A stretch of 64,000 nt of DNA from Planctomycetota bacterium (lineage in GTDB: Bacteria > Planctomycetota > GCA-002687715 > CAIWVZ01): contig JBGANV010000008.1 in assembly GCA_044222185.1 (NCBI GenBank), positions 96,001-160,000 of the forward strand. Direction: 5' to 3'. Position numbers and translations under genes: made by a program. A model generated the notes under the pieces. The model saw only the letters and a list, made by a program, of their open reading frames with translations, searched no databases and was not told the origin of the DNA. This document shows positions 18,627 through 29,248 of the stretch, piece after piece. The stretch's first letter is position 1, and every line of letters starts with the position of its first letter.

Positions 18627-19885
18627 ACCAACACTCCTTTGCTGACCTTCGCCTCGAACTCCTCCGGATACTGCTTGAGGAACGAGGCGATCGGCATGGC
18701 GAGCGCATCCGCCAATGCACAGATCGTGGCGCCCGACATCTGCAGGCCGATGGTCCGCAGCGTGTCCAGGTCCTTCTTGGTTCCGTTGCCCGAGTCGATC
18801 TTCTTCAGGATGCGGTAGGCCCAGCCCGTGCCTTCACGGCACGGCGTGCATTGGCCGCAGGACTCGTGGGAGTAGAAGCGCGCGAGCACGGTCAACAAGT
18901 GGACCATGTCCTGCGTGTGATCGATGACGATGCACCCGGCGGATCCGAGCAGCGTGCCGTTGGCCGCGCACGACTCGTAATCCAGGTTGACCTTGTCGAG
19001 GGCGTCGGCTTTCACCAGGGGAACGGATGACCCGCCGGGAATCACGGCCTTCAGGCGGTAGCCATCCTGCATGCCGCCGCAGTCTTCGAAGAGGAGCTTC
19101 TTCAGGGGATATCCCAGGACGACCTCGTAGTTGCCGGGGCGCCGCACGCGGCCGGAAACCGAGATCAGCTTGGTGCCCTTGCTCTTCTCCGTGCCCATCG
19201 CTGCGTAGGCGGCACCACCGTTGTTGATGATCCACGGGACGGCGGCCACGCTCTCCACGTTGTTCACGATGGTCGGGCAGCCGAACGCGCCCTTCACGGC
19301 GGGGAACGGCGGCTTCAACTTGGGCTCGCCGCGGCCGCCCTCGATGGACGAGATCAGCCCCGTCTCCTCGCCGCAGATGTAGGCGCCGGCACCGCGGTGG
19401 ACGAGGAACTCGAGGTCGAACCCCGAGCCCATGATGTTCTTGCCGAGCATCCCCGCCTTGAACGCCTCGTCGACGGCCTCGAGCATGCGCCTGTGCGAGA
19501 GGTCGAACTCGCCTCGCACGTAGAAGAACGCCGTCCTCGCGTTGATGGCGTAGGCTGCGATGATCGCGCCCTCGATGACGAGGTGCGGGTCACGCTCCAT
19601 GAGCTCGCGGTCCTTGTTCGTGCCCGGCTCGGACTCGTCGGCGTTGATGCAGAGGTAGATCGGTTTGCCCGTGTTCTGCGGGACGAACGTCCACTTCATC
19701 CCCGTGGGGAAGCCGGCGCCGCCACGGCCGCGGAGGCCCGAGGCCTTCACCTCGTCGGTAACCTGGGCCGGCGTCATCTTGCCCGTGAGCACCTTCTTCA
19801 GCGCCGTGTAGCCGCCGTTCTTCTGGTAGACGGACAACCGGTGCGAATCCGGCGTGCCCCAGTTCTTCGTGAGGACCTTCGTCAC
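18623..19885 (-). CDS. nuoF: NADH-quinone oxidoreductase subunit F
   Basis: SGLRGRGGAGFPTG, NADESEPGT, GAGAYICGEET, ESCGQCTPCREG. Confidence 0.98.
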   Translation of the reverse strand: MTKVLTKNWGTPDSHRLSVYQKNGGYTALKKVLTGKMTPAQVTDEVKASGLRGRGGAGFPTGMKWTFVPQNTGKPIYLCINADESEPGTNKDRELMERDPHLVIEGAIIAAYAINARTAFFYVRGEFDLSHRRMLEAVDEAFKAGMLGKNIMGSGFDLEFLVHRGAGAYICGEETGLISSIEGGRGEPKLKPPFPAVKGAFGCPTIVNNVESVAAVPWIINNGGAAYAAMGTEKSKGTKLISVSGRVRRPGNYEVVLGYPLKKLLFEDCGGMQDGYRLKAVIPGGSSVPLVKADALDKVNLDYESCAANGTLLGSAGCIVIDHTQDMVHLLTVLARFYSHESCGQCTPCREGTGWAYRILKKIDSGNGTKKDLDTLRTIGLQMSGATICALADALAMPIASFLKQYPEEFEAKVSKGVLV

Positions 19886-19889
19886 GGCA

Positions 19890-20387
19890 TTACTCCAGCG
19901 AGTCGAGGAGCTTGATGAGCTTCTCGGGCGTCATGTTCTCGTGATAGGTCCGGTTGATCTGGACGACGGGCGCCCAGCTGCATCCCGCGAGGCACTCCAC
20001 TTCCTCCAGCGAGAACTTGCCGTCGGGCGTGCGCTCACCGTTCTCGATCCCGAGCTTCTTCTTCGTGCAGGCGAGGAGTTCCTCCGCGCCGAGCATGGTG
20101 CACGTGATGTTGCGGCAGACCTGGACGTGATGTCGCCCCGGCGGCTGCTGATGGAACATCGTGTAGAACGACACGACGCCCAACACCTTGGAGAGGGCGA
20201 CGTCGCAGCGCGCGGCGGCGTACTCCATCCAAGGCCTCGAGATCCACGTTTCCTGGTCCTGGATCGCCCAGAGCACGTGCAGGAGCGTGGCCGCCTTCGT
20301 GGGGTAGCGCTTCTGTAAGTCGTCGATGTGCGCCTCGACGGCCGGTTTCAGCTTCAGTGTGGGCGCCGCTCCGGTTTGAGGGCTCAT
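19890..20387 (-). CDS. nuoE: NADH-quinone oxidoreductase subunit E
   Basis: VCRNITC...ECLAGC 2Fe-2S ligands; ATG 20387 overlaps the nuoCD stop. Confidence 0.95.
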   Translation of the reverse strand: MSPQTGAAPTLKLKPAVEAHIDDLQKRYPTKAATLLHVLWAIQDQETWISRPWMEYAAARCDVALSKVLGVVSFYTMFHQQPPGRHHVQVCRNITCTMLGAEELLACTKKKLGIENGERTPDGKFSLEEVECLAGCSWAPVVQINRTYHENMTPEKLIKLLDSLE

Positions 20388-22084
20388 CGATCCAACTCTC
20401 CGGCGATGATGTTGAGCGTGCCCAGGATCGCGACGGCATCCGCGACCATCGCTCCCTCGATCAGTCGCGTGAAGCTCGCGAAAAGGGGCAGGCACGGCGG
20501 ACGGACGCGGACGCGATACGGCCGGCCGGTGCCGTCGCTCACGAGGTAGAAGCCGAGTTCGCCATTGGCTCCCTCGACGCACGAATAGGCCTCACCCCGC
20601 GGAACCTTGATGCCTTCGTAGATGAGCACGAAGTGGTTCATCAGGGCTTCGATGTTGTTGTAGACGTCAGGCTTCGCCGGGGCGACCACACGGCGATCGG
20701 CGCTGAAGACCGGCCCCTCCGGGATCCGATCGAGCGCCTGCTCGAGGATCCGCAACGACTGAGAGATCTCTTCGAAGCGGATGAAGAACCGGTCCGCCGA
20801 ATCGCCCACGGAACCCGTGGGGATGTCGAAGTTCATCTGGTCGTACACGTCGTACGGCTCGGCCTTGCGAATGTCGTAGGCGATGCCGCTCGCACGGAGG
20901 CAGGGCCCGGTGTAGCCCCACGACAAGGCCTCCGACTTGGGCATCACGCCGACTCCGACCAGACGATCGAGGAGGATGCGGTTCTTCTTCACCAATCCCA
21001 GGACGTCGTTGACGGCGTTGGGCAATTCCTTGATGAAGTCGCGGATCTGGGCGATGAACGTCGGGTTCAGGTCGTCGGAGACGCCGCCGATGCGGACGTA
21101 TGACGACGTGAGCCGCGCCCCGCACAGGCCTTCGAGGGCCTCATAGGCCTTCTCACGCAACGCGAAGCAGTACCAGAAGTTCGTCAGTGCCCCGACGTCG
21201 ACGAGGTTCGCACCGATGCACACGAGGTGGTCGATGATGCGGCTCACCTCCGCGATGATCACGCGGATGAACTTCGTCCGCTCGGGCACTTCGATGGAGA
21301 GAAGCTTCTCGGCGGCCCGGCAGTACGCGATGTTGTTGAGCATCGCGGAGCAGTAATTCAGACGGTCGGTGTACGGGATCACCTGCGTCCACGTGCCGAC
21401 CTCCGAGTGCTTCTCGAAGGCGCGGTGCAGGTAACCCATCTCGGCGACGCCCTTGACGATCGTCTCGCCGTCGAGCTTCACGAGAACCCGGAGCGTCCCG
21501 TGCGTGGCCGGGTGTGCCGGGCCGATGTTCACGGGGATCAGCTCGCTGAAGCCACCATCCGCCGGGTTCTCGCCGACCTCACCCAACTCGTCGAGGAGCG
21601 AATCCTCCTCGTCGTCGAGCCACTGCTGGTCCTTGACGAAGTAGTCCTTCCGAAGCGCGTGCCCGACGAAGCGGTGGTGCGTGAGCAGGCGCTTCAGGTT
21701 CGGATGTCCGGTGAACTTCACGCCGAACATGTCCCAGACCTCGCGCTCGAACCAGTTGGCGCACTTCCAAAGGTCGGAGACGGTCGGAACCTCGGGATTC
21801 ACTGCCGGGCAGGCCGCCTTGATCCGCAGCCGCCGTCCGCTCGCCATGGAGCGGAGCTGATAGACCACCTCGAACCGGTGGGATTTCCAGCCCAGGTTCA
21901 TGCCGTCGACCCCAGCCAGGTCGGCGAGGAAGTCGAACCCGCCACCGGCAGGCGTCCGAAGGTGCTCCATCACCGGACGCAGCGCCGTCGGACGGATGGT
22001 GACGGCGACCTGCCCGTGCTGTTCAGCCGTCGCGAGGACGTCGTTTGGGAACCGGGTCCGGAGCTCCTGAAGGATCTCGTTCAC
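20384..22084 (-). CDS. nuoCD: NADH-quinone oxidoreductase fused subunit C/D
   Basis: NuoC motif (WFEREVWDMFG...GHPNL...LRKDY) fused to NuoD (GPAHPATHGTLR, GYLHRAFEK, DRLNY, GELDR). Confidence 0.97.
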   Translation of the reverse strand: MNEILQELRTRFPNDVLATAEQHGQVAVTIRPTALRPVMEHLRTPAGGGFDFLADLAGVDGMNLGWKSHRFEVVYQLRSMASGRRLRIKAACPAVNPEVPTVSDLWKCANWFEREVWDMFGVKFTGHPNLKRLLTHHRFVGHALRKDYFVKDQQWLDDEEDSLLDELGEVGENPADGGFSELIPVNIGPAHPATHGTLRVLVKLDGETIVKGVAEMGYLHRAFEKHSEVGTWTQVIPYTDRLNYCSAMLNNIAYCRAAEKLLSIEVPERTKFIRVIIAEVSRIIDHLVCIGANLVDVGALTNFWYCFALREKAYEALEGLCGARLTSSYVRIGGVSDDLNPTFIAQIRDFIKELPNAVNDVLGLVKKNRILLDRLVGVGVMPKSEALSWGYTGPCLRASGIAYDIRKAEPYDVYDQMNFDIPTGSVGDSADRFFIRFEEISQSLRILEQALDRIPEGPVFSADRRVVAPAKPDVYNNIEALMNHFVLIYEGIKVPRGEAYSCVEGANGELGFYLVSDGTGRPYRVRVRPPCLPLFASFTRLIEGAMVADAVAILGTLNIIAGELDR

Positions 22085-22099
22085 TTCGCGTCTCCGGGC

Positions 22100-22630
22100 T
22101 CAGCGGTTGTGTGCCATCTGGGGCACGCGCTCTTTGCTGTAGACGTCCCCGCGGTCCTTCTCGATCTTCCTCTGGAGCATCATGAGGGCTTCGAAGAAGG
22201 CTTCCGGACGGGGCGGGCACCCGGGCAGGTACACGTCGACGGGGATGACGTGGTCGATGCCCTGGACGACGGAATAGTTGTCGTAGAACCCACCGCTCGC
22301 AGCACACACGCCGAAGGCGATGACCCACTTCGGCTCGAGCATCTGGTCGTAGATCCGCTTCAAGACCGGCGCCATCTTGTGCGTGATCGTGCCGGCGACG
22401 ATGAGCAGGTCAGCCTGACGCGGCGAGAATCGGACGAGTTCGGCGCCAAACCGCGAGATGTCGTGGACGTTGGACGCCACACCCATGAACTCGATGCCGC
22501 AGCACGCGGTCGCGAAGGGATAGGGCCACAGCGAATTCAGCCGCCCCCAGTTCGTCACGCCGTTGACGAGCGTGTCCAGGCTCGTCGCGAAGAACCCCGT
22601 CTTGTTCGCGAAGAACGAGTCTACTCCCAT
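22100..22630 (-). CDS. nuoB: NADH-quinone oxidoreductase subunit B
   Basis: [32 protein letters not shown]. Confidence 0.97.
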   Translation of the reverse strand: MGVDSFFANKTGFFATSLDTLVNGVTNWGRLNSLWPYPFATACCGIEFMGVASNVHDISRFGAELVRFSPRQADLLIVAGTITHKMAPVLKRIYDQMLEPKWVIAFGVCAASGGFYDNYSVVQGIDHVIPVDVYLPGCPPRPEAFFEALMMLQRKIEKDRGDVYSKERVPQMAHNR

Positions 22631-22983
22631 TGGAGCGCGCCTTTCTTGATCACGTACACGAGCCCGACGACGAGCACGCCGATGAAGAGCGCCATCTCGA
22701 AGAGGACCGAGATCCCGGGGAGACTGCGGAACACCACCGCCCAAGGAATGAGGAACGCGACCTCGATGTCGAAGAGCACGAAGAGGATCGCCACGAGGTA
22801 GAACTTGGCCGAGAAGCGGTGCCGCGCGTCGGTCTGCGGCGGGATGCCGCACTCGTACACGGACGACTTCGTTGCGTTCTCCCGCCGCGGCGCGATCCGC
22901 CCCGTCAACAGCAGCACGACTCCCGGCACGAGGAGGGCCAGGAGTCCGGCGACGAGGGCGGACCAGTAGATCGAGTCGTTCAC
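22621..22983 (-). CDS. nuoA: NADH-quinone oxidoreductase subunit A
   Basis: [26 protein letters not shown]; probable GTG start at 22983. Confidence 0.95.
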   Translation of the reverse strand: MNDSIYWSALVAGLLALLVPGVVLLLTGRIAPRRENATKSSVYECGIPPQTDARHRFSAKFYLVAILFVLFDIEVAFLIPWAVVFRSLPGISVLFEMALFIGVLVVGLVYVIKKGALQWE

Positions 22984-23046
22984 GCGCAGCCCCTTTGAGG
23001 CCAAAGACTTACAACGAGCGGGTGCCCGGGCGCAATGAGCCGCGCG

Positions 23047-23075
23047 ATTCTACGCGTGGGTCGGGGGCCCAACAA
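23047..23075 (-). promoter_or_regulatory. Putative sigma70 promoter of the nuo operon
   Basis: Minus strand TTGTTG-N17-TAGAAT, about 65 nt upstream of nuoA. Confidence 0.5.
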
Positions 23076-23597
23076 TGGACGCCGTGCGGCGGCGGGACGC
23101 CCGAACCCACCTCCTGGGGCAGCGTCGCGGCGACGTCCCGCCCCGATCGCCGGCCTCGTCGGCGCTCGACCGTGACGACGGCGTCGGAACACCCTGACTC
23201 GCGCTGATCCAGGCCGGGAACGCAGGACCGCGTCGGCCCCAGAGTCCTCCAACCCAGAACCGCATTCCACCTGAGCGCATGGCCCGGAGCGCGCCGCGCG
23301 ATCGAAGGTGCGCGGCGCGTGGTTGCACGGCGGGACGGCGTGGCCCTGCCGGCGGACCCGAGCCCGGGCGTCGTCGCGGTCTGCGGCGAACGCCGCGCCG
23401 AGGCGGGCCGTTCCCGTTCCCAGCTCCGCTCGCCGTTGCAACAGGGTCGCGTCTCCGGAGGACCGGCGACGGAGCCTGTCCGCGGCCCGCCGCTTCAGGT
23501 CCGGCCAGACGACGGCCGCCGCGCCGCCCCCGTCACGCGCGCCGTCAGCCGTCGCCTCAAAGATCGAGCGCCCGCCCAAGCGCGGACGCCGGCCTCC

Positions 23598-24125
23598 ATG
23601 AAACCCGACACGATCCTGGAACAAACCCGCGTTCTCCGCACGCTGGCCCGAACCATCACGGGAAACGTGCACGACGCGGACGACGTCGTCCAAAACACCT
23701 GGCTCAGCCTCCTTCAACATCCCCCGAGGGACCGCTCCCGTCCGCATGCCTGGCTGTCGACCGTCGTCGCAAACCACGCGCGGCAGCACTGGCGGTCGGA
23801 GGGTCGACGCGCGCGGCGCGAATGCCGCGTCGCGCGGGAAGTGCCACGGGTCGCGGCCGCCTCGAAGGCGCGCGCTGCGGACGCCCACGACACGGTGATG
23901 GCAGCGCTGCTCCAACTCCCCGAAATCCACAGAACCGCCATCCAGATGCGGTACCTCGAGGGGCTTCGACCGGGCGAGATCGCGCGCCGACTGCGGATCC
24001 CCGCGGAGACGATCCGCTCGCGGGTTCACCGTGGCCTGCAGCAGATGCGCGGCGTGCTGCGTTGCGCGGGGTGCGTCGACCTTCCGGCCCGGCCGCCTGA
24101 GGCGGTTCCGCCGGACGATCACTGA
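23598..24125 (+). CDS. ECF RNA polymerase sigma factor
   Basis: Region 2 (DADDVVQNTW...AWLSTVVAN) and region 4 (LPEIHR...RYLEGL...EIA...ETIRSRVHRG). Confidence 0.88.
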   Translation: MKPDTILEQTRVLRTLARTITGNVHDADDVVQNTWLSLLQHPPRDRSRPHAWLSTVVANHARQHWRSEGRRARRECRVAREVPRVAAASKARAADAHDTVMAALLQLPEIHRTAIQMRYLEGLRPGEIARRLRIPAETIRSRVHRGLQQMRGVLRCAGCVDLPARPPEAVPPDDH

Positions 24126-24300
24126 CCCGACCTGCGACCGCGAGAGATCCCGGTCATGGCCGAGCCGTCCTGGGATCGGCGGCCGGCGGTGGCCCGGTCT
24201 CAACGCGCCACTAGCGCGGGGGCCGAGGGTTTCAGCGCAACCCCATCACCGTGCGACCTACGGTGATCGCGGGGCCATCGCGCCCTCGCAGGAGTCGCCC

Positions 24301-25569
24301 ATGAACCGAGTCTGGTCGAGCGTCTTCACGATCACCGTGGCCGCGGTCGCGACGGTGCAGCGGATCCCCGCGCAGGATGAACCGGGGCCGCTGCAGGACG
24401 CCCTCGAATCCCTGGTCGGCGAATCACTCTCGCGGGTTCGGATCCACGGCCACGCGCAGGCCGGCTACACCTTCAACGCGCACCAGCCAACGGACCGCAT
24501 GAACTTCGGCCGGCTGTTCGACGACCGCGCCAACGACTTTCGCCTGAACGGCGTGGGGATCACCGTCGAGCAATCGTTCCGTTCGGATCCATCCGCGTTC
24601 GATTGGAGCTTCAAGCTGCAGGCATCCGCCGGCACGGATGCCCGCTTCACGCACGGGATCGGCCTTCTCGAGGACGTCACCGATGGAAGCATCCAGCCCG
24701 ACGTCGTGGAGTCGTGGGTCGCGCTCCATCTCCCCTGGCTCACGGAGCGTGGCCTCGACCTGAAGATAGGTACGTTCGCCACCCTCTGCGGGCTCGAAAC
24801 GATGGACCCGGAGTCCAATCTCCTCGACTCCCACGGGTACATCTTCAACTTCGGGGTCCCGTTGAAGCACACGGGCGCCCTCGTCACGACGCACGCGACG
24901 CGCTGGCTCGAAATCCACACGGGCGCCGTCGTCGGCATCAACACGGCGATCGAGGACAACAACGACGCCTGGTCGTTCCATGGCGGCGTGACGGCGCGAT
25001 TCCTCGACGACAGGCTGACCGCCGCGCTCGGCGCTCACGTCGGGCCCGAGAACGACTCGGTCTACCACCGCCTCGCCGGCGTCCATCCGTCCTCGGATGC
25101 ACGTGCGATTCTGGACCTGGTCATCACGATGAAACCGGTCGACTGGCTCACCGCCTACGTCGATCTGAACCACGGTCAGGACGACGCGCCGCTCGGCTTG
25201 GATGGAACCCGGCCCGAGTGGTACGGCGCTGCCGCAACCCTGGCATTCCACGTGAGCGAAGTCGTCGACCTCCTGGTCCGAGGCGAGGTCTTTCGCGACG
25301 ACGATGGCTTCGCCGTCGCCCAGTTCGCCGAAGACGACGACTACCTGGACTTGCAGGAAGGGCGGCTCGGAGGACTCGACGCCCGGACCGTCGGCGGCGG
25401 CGCCACGACCTACCGTGCGATCACGGTCGGCGCGCGGATCGCCGCCACCTCCCGCCTCGTCATCCAATGCGAGATCCGGGCAGATTTCGCCGACGGCAGC
25501 ACACCGTTTCGCGATTCGACGGATGACTCCCAGTTCACCGCGGCCGTGGGGTTTCTCTGGACATTCTGA
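24301..25569 (+). CDS. Outer-membrane beta-barrel protein (putative porin, BBP2/DUF1597-like)
   Basis: AGGAG RBS, signal peptide, NFGRLFDDRAN, GTDARFT, SHGYIFNFGVP, and a terminal aromatic (FLWTF). Confidence 0.85.
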   Translation: MNRVWSSVFTITVAAVATVQRIPAQDEPGPLQDALESLVGESLSRVRIHGHAQAGYTFNAHQPTDRMNFGRLFDDRANDFRLNGVGITVEQSFRSDPSAFDWSFKLQASAGTDARFTHGIGLLEDVTDGSIQPDVVESWVALHLPWLTERGLDLKIGTFATLCGLETMDPESNLLDSHGYIFNFGVPLKHTGALVTTHATRWLEIHTGAVVGINTAIEDNNDAWSFHGGVTARFLDDRLTAALGAHVGPENDSVYHRLAGVHPSSDARAILDLVITMKPVDWLTAYVDLNHGQDDAPLGLDGTRPEWYGAAATLAFHVSEVVDLLVRGEVFRDDDGFAVAQFAEDDDYLDLQEGRLGGLDARTVGGGATTYRAITVGARIAATSRLVIQCEIRADFADGSTPFRDSTDDSQFTAAVGFLWTF

Positions 25570-25600
25570 GACCCAGGACGAACCGATCCTGGAGGGCCTC

Positions 25601-25690
25601 GTCTCCGCAGGCGACGTCACCTTCGCGCTTGCAGGCCTCGCGATCGTCGGGTTCCTGGTCCATGCGCTCGTTCGACAGGAGACGCGCCGA
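25601..25690 (+). pseudogene. kdpF-like small membrane peptide relic
   Basis: GGAGG RBS, then GTC where a start codon is expected. Encodes VSAGDVTFALAGLAIVGFLVHALVRQETR, resembling KdpF (..YLxYALxRPE), with no stop at the expected position. Confidence 0.35.
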
Positions 25691-25707
25691 CTGACGTCGG
25701 CCAGAGG

Positions 25708-26472
25708 TCAGGGATGGATCGGCCGCGGGGACCAGGCCACCACGTCGATGGAGTCCACGAAGAGGGCGTGGGGTGGCAGGGACGGCAGATCGATGCCGTG
25801 GGCCCGCGCCATGGTGTCCTCCTCGATGAGCACGCGCGCGGGCTGGAGCGGCCACGGTGCGTGGTGGATCTCGCCGCGCAAGACGCGGCCACTGCGATCG
25901 GCGGAGTAGAGGCAATAACGGGACGTGAGGAAATCCTCGAGCGAACCCGGCGTCCCTCGAAAGACGTCTCCGCACGGCGCGTAGCGCGCTCTCAGGGCGG
26001 CTGGCGGCGCGCCTCCATGGGTCCGGTTGGAAACGTATCGAACCTCACCGGCAGCCGCCGTGCATTCCATGCGTGCGCGAAAGTACGGCAGGTGGAACCA
26101 CGACCTGGCGATCGCCACCGCGACCGGGCTCGCGGCGTCGAGCGAGAGGAACCACACGCCTCGCTTCGTGCCGTCCGTCACGTACGTCCGCACGTTCAAT
26201 TCGGCGAAGCGGCGAGCCACGGGGATTGGCGGGAGCCAGCGAAGGCCCGACTCCTGCATTTCGAATGGCACGACCCCGAGCCAGGCGGAGCCGTCGAACG
26301 TCTCCAGTCGGAGAGGAGACGGGATCCGTCCCTCGAACACCCGGGCCGGCACGGGCCAGTGGAGGAACGCGAGAGACGCCCACCTCATGTGCATGACCCA
26401 GGGCCGAGCGGGCGGCGGCCACGGTCGGTGGTCCAGGCAGCGCAGCGTGTCCTGAAAAGCCGCGGCGTTCAT
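25708..26472 (-). CDS. DUF2071 (YqjF-like) protein
   Basis: HRPWP, W..LAFLHWPV, FAELNVRTYV, GVWFLSLDA, FLTSRY, HAPWPL. Confidence 0.9.
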   Translation of the reverse strand: MNAAAFQDTLRCLDHRPWPPPARPWVMHMRWASLAFLHWPVPARVFEGRIPSPLRLETFDGSAWLGVVPFEMQESGLRWLPPIPVARRFAELNVRTYVTDGTKRGVWFLSLDAASPVAVAIARSWFHLPYFRARMECTAAAGEVRYVSNRTHGGAPPAALRARYAPCGDVFRGTPGSLEDFLTSRYCLYSADRSGRVLRGEIHHAPWPLQPARVLIEEDTMARAHGIDLPSLPPHALFVDSIDVVAWSPRPIHP

Positions 26473-26578
26473 CGCGTGCGGACACCCTATCCGATCGGCG
26501 GGGACTTCCACCTTGACAAAGTCCCCTCGTCCTGAGTCGATACGCGGAACCGACCGATCCCCTTCCCGACGAGGTGCC

Positions 26579-29233
26579 ATGAATCGCACGCCCACGAGCT
26601 CGCAGAAACTCCTCCGCCCGCTGATCGCCGCATCGGCGCTGCTCCTGTGCGCCTGCACGACGTCCGCGCCCGTGGAGGTCGACTCGCGCCCCGTGGGCGC
26701 CGTGGACGCGGACATGGGTGCACGGCGCATCACGACCGCTCAGTGGGTCAGACCTGCAGGTCCCACCTCCGTGTTCCGAGGACGCCCCCTCGACATGGTG
26801 ATGGCACCGGACCGCAGCGCGCTGTTCGTGAAGAGTTCCCGCGATCTCATCGTCCTCGATCCGGTGACGCTCGACGTCCGGCAGAAACTGCCCATCGAGA
26901 ACGACGGCGGGTCCATGCACGGCATCGCCGTCTCGCCCGACGGGCGTCAGGTGATCCTCACGACGTCCAAGTCGTCGCTCCTGTTCGCCACGGCCGAGGG
27001 CGGGGGGCCGCTGAAGTGGACCCGTCGCATCGACGTCCCGACGCCGAAGAAGACCGGCTCGAATCCCACGGGGCTCGCGTTGTCGCGCGACGGTTCCCGA
27101 ATGTGGGTCTGCCGCACGGTGTTGAACGAGCTGACGGAAATCGACCTGGGCACGGGCCGGGTGACGCATTCGATCCCCGTGGGAATCTGCCCGTTCGACG
27201 TCGTGGTCTCACCCGACGAGACGACGGCCTGGGTCTCCAACTTCGGCGGCCGGCGCGCAGCCGAGGGGGACGCGACGGCCAACACCGCCGGGTCCAAGCT
27301 CGTCGTGGACGAGCGCGGCATCGGAATGACGGGAACGGTTTCGCGGATCGATCTCGCGAAGCGCGCGGTCGTGGCGACGGTGGCGGTGGGGCTGCATCCA
27401 TCGGACCTCCTCCTCGACGCGCCGAGGTCACGCCTGTTCGTTGCCAACGCCAACTCCGATTCGATCTCGATCGTCGACACGGCACGCGACGTCACCACCG
27501 CGACGATCGCCGTCACGCCCGATCCGGCGCTTCCGTTCGGAAGTCTCGTGAACGCCCTGGCTCAGTCGCCCGACGGCGGCACGCTCTACGCCGCCTGCGG
27601 CGGCAACAATGCGGTGGCAGTACTGGACGTGCGAAACGGGGAATCGGCCCAGGTGCGCGGGTTCATCCCCGCAGGGTGGTTTCCCGGCTCACTCGTCGTC
27701 GACGGCGAGGCGCTGCTCATCGGCAACGTCCGCGGCGATGGATCCCAGGATCCGCGGCCCGAGGACGACGCGCGGACCTCGACGCGATACCGCGGCAGCG
27801 TGACGCGCGCGACGGTGGGCGACGAGGCGGCGCTCGCGGCGTGGACGGCGCAGGTCCACCGCGATGCGCGCATCCCGCAGGCGCTCGCGGCGATGGCTCG
27901 CGGCGACGAATCCGCGCGTCCAACACCCGTGCCCGCGCGCCACGGCGAGCCGTCCGTGTTCGAGCACGTCGTGTACGTCATCAAGGAGAACCGCACGTAT
28001 GACCAGGTCTTCGGCGACCTGCCGCAAGGCAACGCGGCGCCCGCGCTTTGCACCTACGGGCGGGAGGTGACTCCGAACCAGCACGCGCTCGCGGAGGAGT
28101 TCGCCCTCCTCGACAACTACTACTGCAACGGCGTGGTCTCCGCCGACGGTCACCAATGGGCGACGCAGGGCATCGTCACGGACTACAACGAGAAGAACTA
28201 CGGAGGATGGACGCGGGGCTACGACCTCGGCACGGACGCACTCACCTACGCCGGATGCGACTTCATCTGGGACAACGCACTGCTTCACGGCCGGACGTTT
28301 CGGAACTTCGGCGAGTTCGACTTCCCGGCGACGGAGCCCGCCAACGCGTCGTGGTTCGACATCTGGCGCGACCGTGAATCCGCCGCGGGAAGGATCGGCT
28401 TCAAACACTCGATCCAACTCGCCCCGCTCGCGCGATACTCGTCGCCGGACTATCCGGGGTGGAATCTGAGAATCCCCGATCAACTGAGGATCGACCGCTG
28501 GCTCGCCGAGTTCCGCGAAGCCGAGCGCACCGGTGAGTGGCACGACCTGTCGATCGTGTACCTGCCCCAGGATCACACCTCGGGCGTGAAGAAGACCGTC
28601 CCCTCACCCCGCGCCTACGTCGCCGACAACGACCTCGCCGTGGGGCGCCTCGTCGAGGCCATCTCGCACAGTCGGTTCTGGGAGAAGACGTGCATCTTCA
28701 TCATCGAGGACGATCCGCAGGACGGTTGGGATCACGTCGATGGGCACCGGTCCACGTGCCTCGTCATCAGTCCGTACACCCGCCGGCGCGCAGTCATCCA
28801 CGACTTCTACAACCAGACGGCCGTGCTCCACACGATCGAGCGGATTCTGGGGCTGCCGCCCATGAACCAACTGAACGCGGCGGCCCCCGTCATGGCGTCG
28901 TGCTTCACCGAGACGCCGGACCTGACGGCGTTCGACCTGCGGCAGAACCTGATTCCCCTCAACGAGACGAACGCGACCGCATCCGCGGCCAATCCGAACG
29001 CAGCGCGTCTCGAAGAGATCACGTCGGCCATGGACCTCTCGGTCCCGGACCGCATCGACGACGATGATCTGAACCGCATCCTGTGGGAGATGGCGAAGGG
29101 ACCGGCCATCCCCTACCCGCGAGACCTCGCCGGCGCTCATGGCCGCGGGCTCGGCACGCTCCGGCTCACGCTCGACCGGAACGCCGTCCGCGACGATGAC
29201 GACGACGATGATGACGACGGGCCGAAGAAGTGA
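26579..29233 (+). CDS. YVTN/YncE beta-propeller plus phosphoesterase (alkaline phosphatase superfamily) lipoprotein
   Basis: Lipobox-like LLLCAC, propeller repeats (VANANSDSISIVD), HVVYVIKENRTYDQVFGD, SADGHQW, EDDPQDGWDHVDGHRS. Confidence 0.92.
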   Translation: MNRTPTSSQKLLRPLIAASALLLCACTTSAPVEVDSRPVGAVDADMGARRITTAQWVRPAGPTSVFRGRPLDMVMAPDRSALFVKSSRDLIVLDPVTLDVRQKLPIENDGGSMHGIAVSPDGRQVILTTSKSSLLFATAEGGGPLKWTRRIDVPTPKKTGSNPTGLALSRDGSRMWVCRTVLNELTEIDLGTGRVTHSIPVGICPFDVVVSPDETTAWVSNFGGRRAAEGDATANTAGSKLVVDERGIGMTGTVSRIDLAKRAVVATVAVGLHPSDLLLDAPRSRLFVANANSDSISIVDTARDVTTATIAVTPDPALPFGSLVNALAQSPDGGTLYAACGGNNAVAVLDVRNGESAQVRGFIPAGWFPGSLVVDGEALLIGNVRGDGSQDPRPEDDARTSTRYRGSVTRATVGDEAALAAWTAQVHRDARIPQALAAMARGDESARPTPVPARHGEPSVFEHVVYVIKENRTYDQVFGDLPQGNAAPALCTYGREVTPNQHALAEEFALLDNYYCNGVVSADGHQWATQGIVTDYNEKNYGGWTRGYDLGTDALTYAGCDFIWDNALLHGRTFRNFGEFDFPATEPANASWFDIWRDRESAAGRIGFKHSIQLAPLARYSSPDYPGWNLRIPDQLRIDRWLAEFREAERTGEWHDLSIVYLPQDHTSGVKKTVPSPRAYVADNDLAVGRLVEAISHSRFWEKTCIFIIEDDPQDGWDHVDGHRSTCLVISPYTRRRAVIHDFYNQTAVLHTIERILGLPPMNQLNAAAPVMASCFTETPDLTAFDLRQNLIPLNETNATASAANPNAARLEEITSAMDLSVPDRIDDDDLNRILWEMAKGPAIPYPRDLAGAHGRGLGTLRLTLDRNAVRDDDDDDDDDGPKK

Positions 29234-29248
29234 CCGGCGTTCCAGAGG

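Noticed and set aside
8611-22801. Long plus-strand ORFs opposite the nuo operon (e.g. 8611-10857, 12343-14454, 17148-18818, 21227-22801)
   Set aside because: These are antisense shadows typical of high-GC coding DNA: R/H/E/A-rich, no motifs, and fully overlapping confident genes.
23004-23597. ~600-bp gap between nuoA and the ECF gene with several overlapping ORFs
   Set aside because: The ORFs are R/P/A-rich without motifs and I recognised no RNA family, so I treated it as a divergent regulatory region.
24123-24300. Possible UGA readthrough at other TGA stops (e.g. ECF 24125, ORF ending 6574)
   Set aside because: There is no Cys/redox context and the downstream frames are short and not protein-like.
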